This document shows positions 19,460-29,471 of a DNA stretch of 64,000 nucleotides, piece after piece. Source of the stretch: Polyangiales bacterium (GTDB taxonomy: Bacteria; Myxococcota_A; Polyangia; Polyangiales; JADJQN01); NCBI GenBank assembly GCA_964202905.1, contig CAXNJO010000006.1:160001-224000 (forward strand). Reading direction: 5' to 3'. The notes beneath the pieces are model-generated. The model had not been told where the DNA came from, did not search any database, and saw only the letters and a list, made by a program, of their open reading frames with translations. Position 1 is the stretch's first letter, and each line of letters starts with the position of its first letter. Made by a program: the position numbers and the translations under genes.

Positions 19460-21202
19460 ATGGACGCGCTCGAGCGCTCGAATCCCCGGCCCGCCGGTGC
19501 GTCCGGCGCGCTCTCGGTGCACGCGGCCTTCGCGGGCAGGCACGTGCTCGTCACCGGCGTGACGGGCTTCCTCGGCAAGGTGTGGCTCGGCATGCTGCTC
19601 GACCTCGTGCCGGGCGTCGGGCGCGTGTCGGTGCTCGTGCGCCCGCCGCGCCGCGCGAAGGGCGACGCGACCGCCGCGGCGACCGCCCGCTTCGAGAAGA
19701 TCGCGGCCACCGCGCCCGCGTTGCGCCCGCTCCGCGCGACGCATGGCGCGGGGCTCGGCGCGTTCCTCGACGCGAAGCTCGACGTCGTCGCGGGCGACGT
19801 CTCGCAGCCGCTCTGCGGGCTCGCGCCGCAGGAACTCGAGCGCCTCGCGAAGACGGTGGACGTCGTCGTGCATTTCGCGGGGCTCACCGACTTCGAGCCC
19901 GATCCGCGCGAGGCCGTCGAGGTGAACGTGCGCGGCGCCGCGCACGTCGCGGACGTCGCCGCGCGCCTGCGTGTGCCGCGGCTCGTGCACGTCTCGACGT
20001 GCTTCGTCGCGGGGTGCCGCGACGGCGAGATCGCCGAAGAGCGCGCGACGGGCACGACGCCGGACGGTCGGCCGATGGACGTCGCCAGCGTGGTCGAGAC
20101 GCTGCTCGCGCGGGCCGACGCGGTCGAGTCCAAGAGCGAGCGTCGCGGCGCCGCGCTGCGCCGGATCCGCGCGGAAGCGGGCGGCCACTACGCGCGCGAG
20201 CTCGCCTTCCCGAACACGTACACGCTGACGAAGGCGCTCGCGGAGCAACTGCTCGTCGAGCGCAGCGACGTGCGCGCGAGCGTCGTGCGCCCCGCTATCG
20301 TCGAGTGCGCGCGCGCTTACCCGTTCGCGGGCTGGAACGAGGGCATCAACACCAGCGGTCCGCTCGTCTGGCTGCTCGCGGGCCCGTTCTTCGAGCTCCC
20401 GTGTCGCCCGGACGCGCGCTTCGACGTGGTGCCCGTCGACGACGTCGCGAAGGGCACGATGCTCATGGTCGCCGCGATGCTCGGCGACGACGCGCCCGAG
20501 GTCGTGCAGCTCGGGACCTCGCACACGCGCCCCTTCACCGTCGGCCGCGCGGTCGAGCTGACGGGCCTCGGCGTGCGCAAGTACCACGATCGCCCCGAGG
20601 CGACGAAGCTCGAGAAGCTGCTCTTCCGCTACCTCGACGCGGTGCCCGTGCCGGCCGAGAGCGGCTCGCTCCTCTCGGTGCCGCGCCTGCGCCAGCACGC
20701 GCGCCGCCTCCGGACCTGGCTCGAGGACGTGCGCTTCGACGAGGCGCTGCCCACGACCGCGCGACGCGTCGCGGGGCAGCAGGTGTCGCGCGCGCAGCTG
20801 CGCGCCCACATGGCCGCGTCGGGCTTCGAGACGGTGCTCCGCCGCATCGACCAGATGCTCGCGCTCTTCAAGCCGTTCATCCACGACCACGACTGGGTGT
20901 TCCGCACCGACCGCATGACCGCGCTGAGCGCGCGCCTCGTGCCCGCCGAGCGCGCCCAGTTCGGGTGGGATCTGCGCGACCTCGACTGGCGCTCCTACTG
21001 GCTCGACGTGCAGATCCCCGGCCTCGCGACGTGGTGCCTGCCGCTGATGAACGGCAAGACCGTGCCCGACGACCCGCCGGCCCAGCCGCCGCTGCGCCTC
21101 GCGCGTGCGACGGCCGGGCTGCCGCCGACGTCCGCCGCGATCTCGAACGGCCACGTCGCGCACGGCGCCGCCGCGAACGCGGGCAGCGAGGCGCGCGCGT
21201 GA
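19460..21202 (+). CDS. Fatty acyl-CoA reductase-like (male-sterility/extended SDR) protein
   Basis: VTGVTGFLGKV, HVSTCFVAG, FPNTYTLTKALAE, VRPAIVE, PFAGWNEG and DVVPVD; AAGGAGGAG RBS before ATG 19460 (alternative GTG 19445). Confidence 0.88.
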   Translation: MDALERSNPRPAGASGALSVHAAFAGRHVLVTGVTGFLGKVWLGMLLDLVPGVGRVSVLVRPPRRAKGDATAAATARFEKIAATAPALRPLRATHGAGLGAFLDAKLDVVAGDVSQPLCGLAPQELERLAKTVDVVVHFAGLTDFEPDPREAVEVNVRGAAHVADVAARLRVPRLVHVSTCFVAGCRDGEIAEERATGTTPDGRPMDVASVVETLLARADAVESKSERRGAALRRIRAEAGGHYARELAFPNTYTLTKALAEQLLVERSDVRASVVRPAIVECARAYPFAGWNEGINTSGPLVWLLAGPFFELPCRPDARFDVVPVDDVAKGTMLMVAAMLGDDAPEVVQLGTSHTRPFTVGRAVELTGLGVRKYHDRPEATKLEKLLFRYLDAVPVPAESGSLLSVPRLRQHARRLRTWLEDVRFDEALPTTARRVAGQQVSRAQLRAHMAASGFETVLRRIDQMLALFKPFIHDHDWVFRTDRMTALSARLVPAERAQFGWDLRDLDWRSYWLDVQIPGLATWCLPLMNGKTVPDDPPAQPPLRLARATAGLPPTSAAISNGHVAHGAAANAGSEARA

Positions 21203-22365
21203 GCCACGTCTTCGTCACCGGTGCGACCGGCTACCTCGGCGGTTACACCGTCACGCGGCTCCTCCGCGACCACCCCGCGACGCGCGTCGCGCTCCTCGTG
21301 CGCGGGCGCGACGAGCGCGAGGCGACGGACAAGCTCTGGCGCTCTCTGCAGCTCCACATGGAGCCGCGCGAGTTCTGGGACGCGCTCTCGCGCGTGGACT
21401 TCGTGCTCGGTGATCTCACCTCGACGAAGCCGCGCCTCGGCATCGCGCCGGACGTCTACGAGCGCACCGTGCGCGGCATCGACTCGGTGCTGCACATCGC
21501 GGCCTCGCTGAACCGCAAGAGCGAGAAGGCCTGCCTCAACACCAACCTGCGCGGGACGCTCGCGGTGCTCGAGCTCGCGCGCGACGCGAAGACGCACGGC
21601 GGACTGCGTCGCTATTCGCACGTCTCGACCGTCGCGGTGTGCGGCCATCGCGACCGCGAGGTCGTCACCGAGGACGCGGCCATCGACTGGGACCGCTCCG
21701 ACTACGACCCGTACGGCCGCACGAAGAAGTTCTGCGAGCACATGGCGCACGTGCTCTTGCCGGACGTGCCGAAGACCATCTTTCGGCCGAGCATCGTGAT
21801 GGGCGACGCGACGCGCCCCGAGACGACGCAGTTCGACATGGTGCGCGCGTTCTGCGTGCTCGCGGATCTGCCCGTCGTGCCCGTCCGCGCCGAGGCGCGG
21901 CAGGACATCGTCAACGCCGACTGGGTCGGCCGCGCGATCGCGACCGTGCACATGAAGGACGCGCCGAAGTACGACTGCTACCACCTCTCGGCGGGGACGC
22001 GCTCGCTGTCCGCGGAGACGATCGCGGGCGCCCTCGCGGGGGCCGTCGGGCGTCGGCCGCCGCGCTTCGTCGGCGCCGCGGAGCAGCCCTTCGCGACGGC
22101 CGCGGAGCTGATGATGCGCTTCCCGAAGAAGAGCGCCGTCGCGCTCGTCGGCTCGCTGCTGCACGTCTTCCTGCCGTACATCACGTACGACACGGTCTTC
22201 GACAACGAGCGCATCGTGTCGGAGCTCGGCGAGGCGCCGGTGCCCTTCACGGGCTACTGCGCGGAGCTCTACCGCTGGGCGAAGCGTCACGACTTCGAGT
22301 ACCCGTATCGTCCGCTTCCGTCGCGGCCGGCGCAGGTGCAGGGCGCGGAGCTGGGCCATGTCTGA
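21199..22365 (+). CDS. Extended SDR oxidoreductase (thioester-reductase/FAR-like)
   Basis: FVTGATGYLG, HIAASLNR, HVSTVAVCG, YGRTKKFCE (YxxxK) and RPSIVMGD; GTGA overlap with the upstream stop. Confidence 0.88.
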   Translation: MSHVFVTGATGYLGGYTVTRLLRDHPATRVALLVRGRDEREATDKLWRSLQLHMEPREFWDALSRVDFVLGDLTSTKPRLGIAPDVYERTVRGIDSVLHIAASLNRKSEKACLNTNLRGTLAVLELARDAKTHGGLRRYSHVSTVAVCGHRDREVVTEDAAIDWDRSDYDPYGRTKKFCEHMAHVLLPDVPKTIFRPSIVMGDATRPETTQFDMVRAFCVLADLPVVPVRAEARQDIVNADWVGRAIATVHMKDAPKYDCYHLSAGTRSLSAETIAGALAGAVGRRPPRFVGAAEQPFATAAELMMRFPKKSAVALVGSLLHVFLPYITYDTVFDNERIVSELGEAPVPFTGYCAELYRWAKRHDFEYPYRPLPSRPAQVQGAELGHV

Positions 22366-24055
22366 GGCCGAGCGCAACGAGGCGCCCGCCGAGGCGACGG
22401 GCCTCGCGCGGCGGGGCGCGGAGGCGTCGGAGGAGCGCCCGCGGAAGCGGGGCAGCAAGCTCCTCGCCGGGCTCGCGCGGGTCGCGGGCAAGGCCGCGAA
22501 GGCCGCGCTCGAGGTCGCCGGGCGCGAGCTCGATCCCGACCGGCTCCTGCAGCGCGCGATGGCGAGCACCATCGAGGCAGCGGCGAGCCGCTACGCGGTC
22601 GATCCCGGCGCGCAGTGGCGCCCGGGCGAGCCGCTGCGGCTGCTCTTCGCGGGCTACAGCGGCACGCGCAACACGGGCGCCGACGTGCGCGTCGAGGAGA
22701 TGGTCCGGCAGGTCCGTTGGCTCTTTGGCGACGAGCACGTCGCGCTCTCGCTGCTCACCATCGACCCGGCCCTCTCGCGCGGATATTTCCGCACCGTCGA
22801 GCAGCTGCACCTGCCGCAGTTCTTCCCGCCCTTCCTCTACGAGAAGGTGCACGGCGTGCACGGCGTCATCGCGTGCGAAGGCTCGATGTTCAAGTCGAAG
22901 TTCGCGAACGCGCTCTCGACGATGATGGTCGGCGCGCTCGGCGTCGCGGCTGCCGAGAACAAGCTCGCCATCGGCTATGGGGGTGAAGCCGGCGCGATGG
23001 ATCCGTCACTGCAGGACCTCGTCCGCACCTACTGCCGCGACGCGCTCATCGTCGTGCGCAACAAGGAGAGCGGCGAGGTGCTCGCGGACCTCGGCGTGCG
23101 CAGCAAGCCCGGCACCGACACCGCGTGGACGTTCGAGCCCGCCGGGCCCGAGGTCGGTGCGCGCGTGCTCCGCGCGGCGGGCTGGGACGGCGAGACGCCG
23201 GTGCTCGTCGTCTGTCCGATCAACCCCTTCTGGTGGCCGGTGAAACCCGACGTCAGCAAGGGCGTCGTGCAGGCGCTCACCGGGGCGCACGACGAGTCGC
23301 ATTACGACTCGTTCTACTTCCACAAGGACGGCGACGCGGTCCGCGAGAAGCAGCGCCGCTACCTCGGCGCGCTCGCCGACGGCATCACGTCGTTTCTCGC
23401 GGAGCACGACGCCTTCCCCGTGATCGTGGGGATGGAGCAGCTCGACCGCCGCGCGTGCGAGGGGCTCTCGAAGCTCGTCGCGGAGCGCGCGGGACGCGAG
23501 GCGCCGCCCGTGATCGTCTCGGACGAGCACGACATGTACGAGATGGTCAGCGTGCTGCGCACGGGCCGCGCGCTGCTCTCGTCGCGCTACCACGCGATCG
23601 TCACCTCGATGCCGGGGCTCGTGCCCTCGGCGGGCGTGACGATGGACGAGCGCATCCGCAACCTCATGGCCGATCGCGGCCAGCCGGAGCTCTGCCTCGG
23701 CGTCGAGGACGCCGACCTCGCCGAGCGCGTCAGCGTCGTGCTGGGGCGGCTCTGGACGGATGGGGACGCGGTCGCCGACGGCATCGGCCGCACGGTGGTC
23801 ACCAACCTCGAGCGCATGGGCGAGATGGGCGTGACGCTCGTCGACTTCGTGCGCGCGCGGCACCCCGGAGTGCCGGTGCGCGCGGGCGTTGGCAGCGCCG
23901 CCTCCGGGGGCGAGGGCGACCCGTGGGCGCACCTGCCGCCGCTGCCGCCGGCCGTCGCCGCGCTCGTCGCGAAGTACCGCGGAACGCCCACGAACACGGG
24001 CGATGCGCGCCCCGTCGCGCGGGCGCTCGCCGAGCACGTGGGATCGCAGCCTTGA
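22358..24055 (+). CDS. Polysaccharide pyruvyl transferase (WcaK/CsaB-like) family protein
   Basis: AGYSGTRNTGAD (cf. GYYGxxNxGD), VVRNKES (cf. RDxxS), GTDTAW (cf. DPAF) and SSRYHAIV (cf. RLH). Confidence 0.72.
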   Translation: MSEAERNEAPAEATGLARRGAEASEERPRKRGSKLLAGLARVAGKAAKAALEVAGRELDPDRLLQRAMASTIEAAASRYAVDPGAQWRPGEPLRLLFAGYSGTRNTGADVRVEEMVRQVRWLFGDEHVALSLLTIDPALSRGYFRTVEQLHLPQFFPPFLYEKVHGVHGVIACEGSMFKSKFANALSTMMVGALGVAAAENKLAIGYGGEAGAMDPSLQDLVRTYCRDALIVVRNKESGEVLADLGVRSKPGTDTAWTFEPAGPEVGARVLRAAGWDGETPVLVVCPINPFWWPVKPDVSKGVVQALTGAHDESHYDSFYFHKDGDAVREKQRRYLGALADGITSFLAEHDAFPVIVGMEQLDRRACEGLSKLVAERAGREAPPVIVSDEHDMYEMVSVLRTGRALLSSRYHAIVTSMPGLVPSAGVTMDERIRNLMADRGQPELCLGVEDADLAERVSVVLGRLWTDGDAVADGIGRTVVTNLERMGEMGVTLVDFVRARHPGVPVRAGVGSAASGGEGDPWAHLPPLPPAVAALVAKYRGTPTNTGDARPVARALAEHVGSQP

Positions 24056-25689
24056 CGACTGAACCGTCGTTCATCGAGGTCTTCCTCGACGTCCTCGCGA
24101 AGGAGCCCGCGAAGGCGCACGTCACCGAGATCCACGGCCCGACGCCACGCCCCTTCGACGGCACGTCGCTGTGCGAACTCGTCGCCCGCGCCCGCGGCGC
24201 GTTGCGGTCGCGCGGCGTGCGCCCCGGCGACCGCGTGGGCCTGCTCGCGGCGAACTCCGCGCAGTGGGTCGCGGCCGACGTCGCGCTGCTCGCGGAGGGC
24301 GCGATCGTCGTGCCGCTCTACGCGCGGCAGGAGCCCGCCGAGCTCGCGGGGATGCTGCGCGACGCGGGCGCGACGCTCGTCGTCGCGAGCACCGACGCCC
24401 TCGCTGCCGCGCTCGCCGCGCACCTGCCCGGCGTGCCCGCGTGCCTCTTCGCCGAGCTCTTCGCGGGTGAGCCCGTGCGCGAGCCCGCCGCGCCGCGCGC
24501 GCCCGGCGACTGCGTCACCATCGTCTACACCTCGGGCACGAGCGGCGAGCCGAAGGGCGTGATGGTCACGCGCGCGGGCGTCGACCACATGCTGCCCGTC
24601 ACGCGCGACTCGCTGCGCGCGCTGATGGGCGCGCAGGCCGGGAACGACCGGCTCTTCCACTACCTGCCGTTCTGCTTCATGGGCTCGCGGATCGTCTTGT
24701 GGACGGCGCTCTACCGCGGCTCCGGGATCCTCGTCTCGACGAGCCTCGAGAACCTGGTCGAGGAGATGAAGACGGCGCGGCCGCACTACTTCCTCAACGT
24801 CCCGGCGCTGCTCGAGCGCATCAAGAAGGGCGTCGAGGGCAAGCTCGCGACGAAGCCGGCGCCCGTGCGCGCGCTCTATGCGCGTGGCCTTCAGGCAGCG
24901 GCACGCAGCGCGGCCGGCGAGGCGTCGATCGTCGATCGCGCCGCGCTCGCGCTCGCGCGTCGCGTCGTGTTCGCGACGATCCGCGCGCAGATCGGGCCGG
25001 ATCTCGTGTGCCTCATCTGCGGGAGCGCGCCGCTGCACCCGGACACGCAGCGTTGGTTCGAGACGCTGGGCATCCCCGTCTACCAGGTCTACGGGCTCAC
25101 GGAGACGACCGCGATCGTGACGATGGACGTGCCTGGGCACGCGGTCGCGGGGCGCGTCGGCACCGCGATCCGCGGCGTCGAGCTGAAGCTCGGCGAGGGC
25201 GACGAGCTGCTCGTGCGCGGGCCCAACGTCTTCGCCGGCTACTGGCAGCGGCCCGAGGCGACGGCCACCGCGCTCGCGGACGGCTGGTTCCACACGGGCG
25301 ATCAGTGCGGCCTCGACGCGCGCGGCAACCTCGAGGTCATCGGGCGCGTCGGCAACATCCTCGTCGCCGAGTCGGGGCACAACATCGCGCCCGAGCCCAT
25401 CGAGACGAAGCTCCTCGCCGAGCTGCCGGGCGCCGAGAACTGCGTCGTGCTCGGCCACGGGCGCCCGTACCTCGCGGCCATCGTCACGGGCAAGGTCGCG
25501 ACCGACGACGTGCAGCGCGCGGTCGATCGCGTGAACGAGACGCTGCCGCACTACCGGCGCGTGCGCCGCTTCCACGTCTCCGCCGCGCCCTTCACGATCG
25601 AGAGCGGGCTGCTCACCGCGAACCAGAAGCTGCGCCGCAAGGCCATCGAGAAGCACTACGCGGACGCCGTGAAGGAGCTCTACGCGTGA
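24052..25689 (+). CDS. AMP-forming long-chain acyl-CoA/ACP ligase (FadD/ACSL-like) 1
   Basis: IVYTSGTSGEPKG, YLPFCF, YGLTETT, GWFHTGD and LLTANQKLRR; TTG start overlapping the upstream TGA. Confidence 0.9.
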   Translation: MTTEPSFIEVFLDVLAKEPAKAHVTEIHGPTPRPFDGTSLCELVARARGALRSRGVRPGDRVGLLAANSAQWVAADVALLAEGAIVVPLYARQEPAELAGMLRDAGATLVVASTDALAAALAAHLPGVPACLFAELFAGEPVREPAAPRAPGDCVTIVYTSGTSGEPKGVMVTRAGVDHMLPVTRDSLRALMGAQAGNDRLFHYLPFCFMGSRIVLWTALYRGSGILVSTSLENLVEEMKTARPHYFLNVPALLERIKKGVEGKLATKPAPVRALYARGLQAAARSAAGEASIVDRAALALARRVVFATIRAQIGPDLVCLICGSAPLHPDTQRWFETLGIPVYQVYGLTETTAIVTMDVPGHAVAGRVGTAIRGVELKLGEGDELLVRGPNVFAGYWQRPEATATALADGWFHTGDQCGLDARGNLEVIGRVGNILVAESGHNIAPEPIETKLLAELPGAENCVVLGHGRPYLAAIVTGKVATDDVQRAVDRVNETLPHYRRVRRFHVSAAPFTIESGLLTANQKLRRKAIEKHYADAVKELYA

Positions 25690-26510
25690 CCGCGCCGTTC
25701 GTCGGAGAGACGCTCTCGTACGCGCACGTCGGCACGACGCTCGAGGTCACGCTGCACCGCTCGGTGCCGGGCGCCTCGTGCAACGAGATCGGCGAGCAGA
25801 CGCTGCGCGAGCTCGAGGCCCTCGTCGCGTATCTCGCCGCCGGTGCCGGGGGAGCGCGCGCGCTGCTCTTCGCGAGCAGCGTGCCGCGCGGCTTCTGCGC
25901 GGGCGCGGATCTGCGCGCGCTCTACGAGGGCATGGTCGCGCGCCGCGGCGCGGGGGCGCCGCCGGTCGGCGAGGTGCGCGCGTTTCTCGACCGCATCCAC
26001 GCCGTCTTCGACGCGCTCGACACCACGCCGCTGACCACCGTCGCGGCGTTGCACGGGGTGGTGTTCGGCGGCGGCTTCGAGCTCGCGCTCACCTGCGACG
26101 TGCTCGTCGCGGACAAGACCGCGCGCTTCTGCTTCCCGGAGCTGCGGCTCGGGCTCGTGCCCGGGTTCGGCGGCATCCCGCGGCTCGCGCGGGACGTCGG
26201 CAACGCCGTCGTGCGCGACCTGCTCTTCACCGGGCGCTCGCTCAACGCGCAGCGCGCGCAGCAGATCGGGCTCGTCTCGCAGCTCGTCGCGCCCGGCGAG
26301 GCCGTGCACGTCGCGCGCAAGGTCGCGGAGCAGGCGGCGCGCTTCGACGCGGCGACCTCGGCGGCCGCCAAGGCCTTCGCGAAGCCGCTCCCGAGCGAGT
26401 GGCTGAACCGCGAAAAAGACACGTTTTGCGCGCTCTTCGCCTCGCCGGTGGTCGAGGCCGCGCTCCACAAGTTCGTCACCAGCACCGACGCGAGACCGTA
26501 CCTGCCATGA
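25686..26510 (+). CDS. Enoyl-CoA hydratase/isomerase
   Basis: FCAGADL, GGGFELAL and FPELRLGLVPGFGG (both catalytic Glu present); GTGA overlap. Confidence 0.9.
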   Translation: MTAPFVGETLSYAHVGTTLEVTLHRSVPGASCNEIGEQTLRELEALVAYLAAGAGGARALLFASSVPRGFCAGADLRALYEGMVARRGAGAPPVGEVRAFLDRIHAVFDALDTTPLTTVAALHGVVFGGGFELALTCDVLVADKTARFCFPELRLGLVPGFGGIPRLARDVGNAVVRDLLFTGRSLNAQRAQQIGLVSQLVAPGEAVHVARKVAEQAARFDAATSAAAKAFAKPLPSEWLNREKDTFCALFASPVVEAALHKFVTSTDARPYLP

Positions 26511-26758
26511 ACGCCTCATCCAGCCCCGACCTCGAGACCCGCCTGCTCACCCTCGCCGCCGCGCGCTTCGGCAAGCCCGTCGCCTCGCTCGCGCCTGGCG
26601 ACGACGTCTTCGAGAAGCTCGGCATCGACAGCATCCAGGCGATGGAGATGCTCACCGAGATCGAGACGACCTTCGGCGTCGAGGTCCCCGACTACGAGCT
26701 GCAGGGCGTGACGACGTTCGCCGGGATCGCGGAGCTCGTGCGCCGGAGGCTCGGCTGA
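26507..26758 (+). CDS. Acyl carrier protein
   Basis: 83 aa, acidic, LGIDSIQAMEML phosphopantetheine-Ser motif, FGVEVPD; ATGA overlap. Confidence 0.92.
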   Translation: MNASSSPDLETRLLTLAAARFGKPVASLAPGDDVFEKLGIDSIQAMEMLTEIETTFGVEVPDYELQGVTTFAGIAELVRRRLG

Positions 26759-28572
26759 TGGACGCGGCCCCCGAGACCCGGCCCGCCGCGCCGCGCGATG
26801 CCCGCGCGTACGCGATGCTCGATGCCTCGCGCTACACGAGCGTCGGCGAGATGCTCCGCGACGCGCTCGTGCAGTTCAAGACGCACGTCGCGTTCACCGA
26901 GCTCGATCGCCGCCGCGTCACGCAGCGGCTCAGCTACCTCGACGTCAAGCGCGCGGTCGAGCGGCTCGCGCGGCGCCTCGAAGACGCGGGGATCGGCGCG
27001 GGGGACCGCGTCGCCATCGTGATGACGAACCAGGCGCGCTGGCCGATCGCGGCGATGGCCGCGTTCTTCCGCGGCGCGGTCGTCGTCCCCATCGATTACA
27101 AGCTCACGCCGAAGGAGCGCGAGGCGCTGCTCGCGCACGCGAAGCCCCGCGCGCTCGTCACGGAGTACCCGCTGTTCGCGCCGCACGCCGCGGGCGCGCT
27201 CGAGGCCGTGTCGCTCGTGCTCGTGAGCGAGGCGCCGCCGAACGCGCGCCTCGGCCACGCGCAGCGCTGGGGTGCGCTCGACGGCGCGGACGAGCCGGCC
27301 GGCTCCGACGCGCCGCCGACCTTCGTGCCGCGCGCGCGCGAGGACGTCGCGACCATCGTCTACTCCTCGGGCACCGGCGGTCAGCCGAAGGGCTGCATGC
27401 TCCCGCACCGCGCGTACCTCGCGCAGTACGCGGCGCTCACGGCGCTCTTCCCGCTGGTCGCGGGCGATCGCTACTTCTCGATCCTGCCGACCAACCACGC
27501 GATCGACTTCATGTGCGGCTTCCTCGGGCCGCTCTGCGGCGGCGCGATGGTCGTGCACCAGCGCACGCTGCGCCCCGAGTTCCTCACCGCGACGATGAAG
27601 AGCGAGCGCGTCACGCACATGGCCGTCGTGCCGCTGCTGCTCACGGCCTTCGAGCGCGCGATCCGCGAGAAGCTCGACGCGCTCCCCGGCTGGCAGCGCG
27701 CGGCCGTCGAAGCGCTGATGCAGGTGAACGAGCGGCTCACCGAGCGGCGCCCGAACCGGCTCGTCAGCCGCACGCTGTTGCGTCCCATCCACGAGGCCTT
27801 CGGCGGCGAGCTGCGCGTGCTCTTCTGCGGCGGCGCGTTCGTCGAGCAGGAGCGCGCGGAGCTCTTCTACCGCCTCGGGCTGCCCGTCGCGATCGGCTAC
27901 GGGCTCACCGAGGCCAGCACCGTCGCGACGGTCAACGATCTGCGGCCTTTCCGGGGGGATTCCGTCGGCCGCGCGGTCGACGGCGTCTCGCTGCGCATCG
28001 TCGACGCGGACGCGAGCGGCGTCGGCGAGGTGCAGCTCCACGGGCCGACGCTGATGCTCGGCTACCTCGACGACCCCGAGCAGACGCGCGCTGCCTTCAC
28101 GGAAGATGGTTGGCTGCGCACGGGCGATCTCGGGCACCTCGACGCCTCGCACCACCTGCACCTCGTCGGGCGCAGCAAGAACATGATCGTCACGCGCGGC
28201 GGCAAGAACGTGTACCCCGAGGACATCGAGGGCGCGTTCGGCGGCGTCGCGTGCGAGGAGCTCGCGGTCTTCGCGGAGGGCTACCTCTGGCAGACGCGCG
28301 GCGAGCTCGTCGGCGAGCGGCTCGTCGTCGTCGCGCGCCTGAAATCGGGCGCGACCGAGGCCGAGCGGCTGCGCTTCACCGAGGCGCTGCACGCCGCGAA
28401 CCAGCGGCTCGCCGACTACAAGCGCGCGCACGCCCTGCTGCTGACGGACGAGGCCTTCCCGCGGACGGCGTCGATGAAGATCAAGCGCGGCCCCCTCGCG
28501 GAGGACTTGCGCGCGCGGTACGCGCAGGCCGACATGCTGTGGCTCGGCGAGCCGGTCGAGGCGGTGCGGTGA
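26758..28572 (+). CDS. AMP-forming long-chain acyl-CoA/ACP ligase 2
   Basis: IVYSSGTGGQPKG, ILPTNH, GYGLTEA, GWLRTGDLG, GRSKNMIV and FPRTASMKIKR. Confidence 0.92.
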   Translation: MDAAPETRPAAPRDARAYAMLDASRYTSVGEMLRDALVQFKTHVAFTELDRRRVTQRLSYLDVKRAVERLARRLEDAGIGAGDRVAIVMTNQARWPIAAMAAFFRGAVVVPIDYKLTPKEREALLAHAKPRALVTEYPLFAPHAAGALEAVSLVLVSEAPPNARLGHAQRWGALDGADEPAGSDAPPTFVPRAREDVATIVYSSGTGGQPKGCMLPHRAYLAQYAALTALFPLVAGDRYFSILPTNHAIDFMCGFLGPLCGGAMVVHQRTLRPEFLTATMKSERVTHMAVVPLLLTAFERAIREKLDALPGWQRAAVEALMQVNERLTERRPNRLVSRTLLRPIHEAFGGELRVLFCGGAFVEQERAELFYRLGLPVAIGYGLTEASTVATVNDLRPFRGDSVGRAVDGVSLRIVDADASGVGEVQLHGPTLMLGYLDDPEQTRAAFTEDGWLRTGDLGHLDASHHLHLVGRSKNMIVTRGGKNVYPEDIEGAFGGVACEELAVFAEGYLWQTRGELVGERLVVVARLKSGATEAERLRFTEALHAANQRLADYKRAHALLLTDEAFPRTASMKIKRGPLAEDLRARYAQADMLWLGEPVEAVR

Positions 28573-29471
28573 GCGACGCGTTCGTCACCGTCGTCAACGT
28601 CGCGGCCGGCGGCGGGCGCTGCGGGGCGCGGGCCCGCGAGGTGCTTCCGCGGCTGCGCGAGGCGGGGCTCGCGCTCGACGTGCGCGAGACGCGCGCGCCG
28701 GGCGACGCGACGCGGATCGTGCGCGAGGCGTACGGCGCGGGGGCGCGGCGCTTCCTCGCGGTCGGCGGCGACGGCACCACCTACGAGGTGGTCAACGGTC
28801 TCTTCCCCGCGGCCCAGGGCGCGCCGGACGTGACGCTCGGGATGCTGCCGCTCGGCACGGGCAACTCCTTCCTGCGCGACTTCGGGATCGTCGACGCGGA
28901 GGGCGCGATCGGCGCGCTGCTCCGCGGGACGACCCGCGCGATCGACGTCGTGCGCGCCGAGCACGCGGAGGGCGTGATTCACTACGTGAACCTGCTCAGC
29001 GTCGGCTTCAGCGCGACGGTCGGTGCGCTCACGAACCGGCGCTACAAGCCGTTCGGCCAGGCGGGCTACGCGCTCGCGGTCGTGCAGGGGCTCGCGCGGC
29101 TCGCGCACCCGACGTTCCCGCTGCGCCTCGACGACGCGGACACGATCGACCTGCGGCCGTGCACGCTGCTCTCGTTCTCGAACAGCCGCTGCACGGGCGG
29201 CACGATGCAGATGGCGCCCGATGCCGACCCGACCGACGGCGCGCTCGACGTGATCCGCGTGGGCGCGATGGGGCGGCGCGAGCTGCTGCGCACCTTCCCG
29301 AAGATCTACCAGGGCAAGCACGTGGGCCATCCGGCGGTGTCGGCGACGCGCGCGCGGCGCGTGACGTTCGCGGACCCGTTCGCGACGGATGTGATGGTGG
29401 ACGGGGAGGTCCTCGAGCTGACGCTGCGCGAGCTCCGGGTGCTGCCGGGCGCGCTGCAGGTGAGGGTGTGA
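28569..29471 (+). CDS. Diacylglycerol/sphingosine kinase family lipid kinase (DagK/YegS-like)
   Basis: VVNVAAGGG, VGGDGTTYEVVNG, LPLGTGNSF and DGEV; GTGA overlap. Confidence 0.9.
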   Translation: MSDAFVTVVNVAAGGGRCGARAREVLPRLREAGLALDVRETRAPGDATRIVREAYGAGARRFLAVGGDGTTYEVVNGLFPAAQGAPDVTLGMLPLGTGNSFLRDFGIVDAEGAIGALLRGTTRAIDVVRAEHAEGVIHYVNLLSVGFSATVGALTNRRYKPFGQAGYALAVVQGLARLAHPTFPLRLDDADTIDLRPCTLLSFSNSRCTGGTMQMAPDADPTDGALDVIRVGAMGRRELLRTFPKIYQGKHVGHPAVSATRARRVTFADPFATDVMVDGEVLELTLRELRVLPGALQVRV

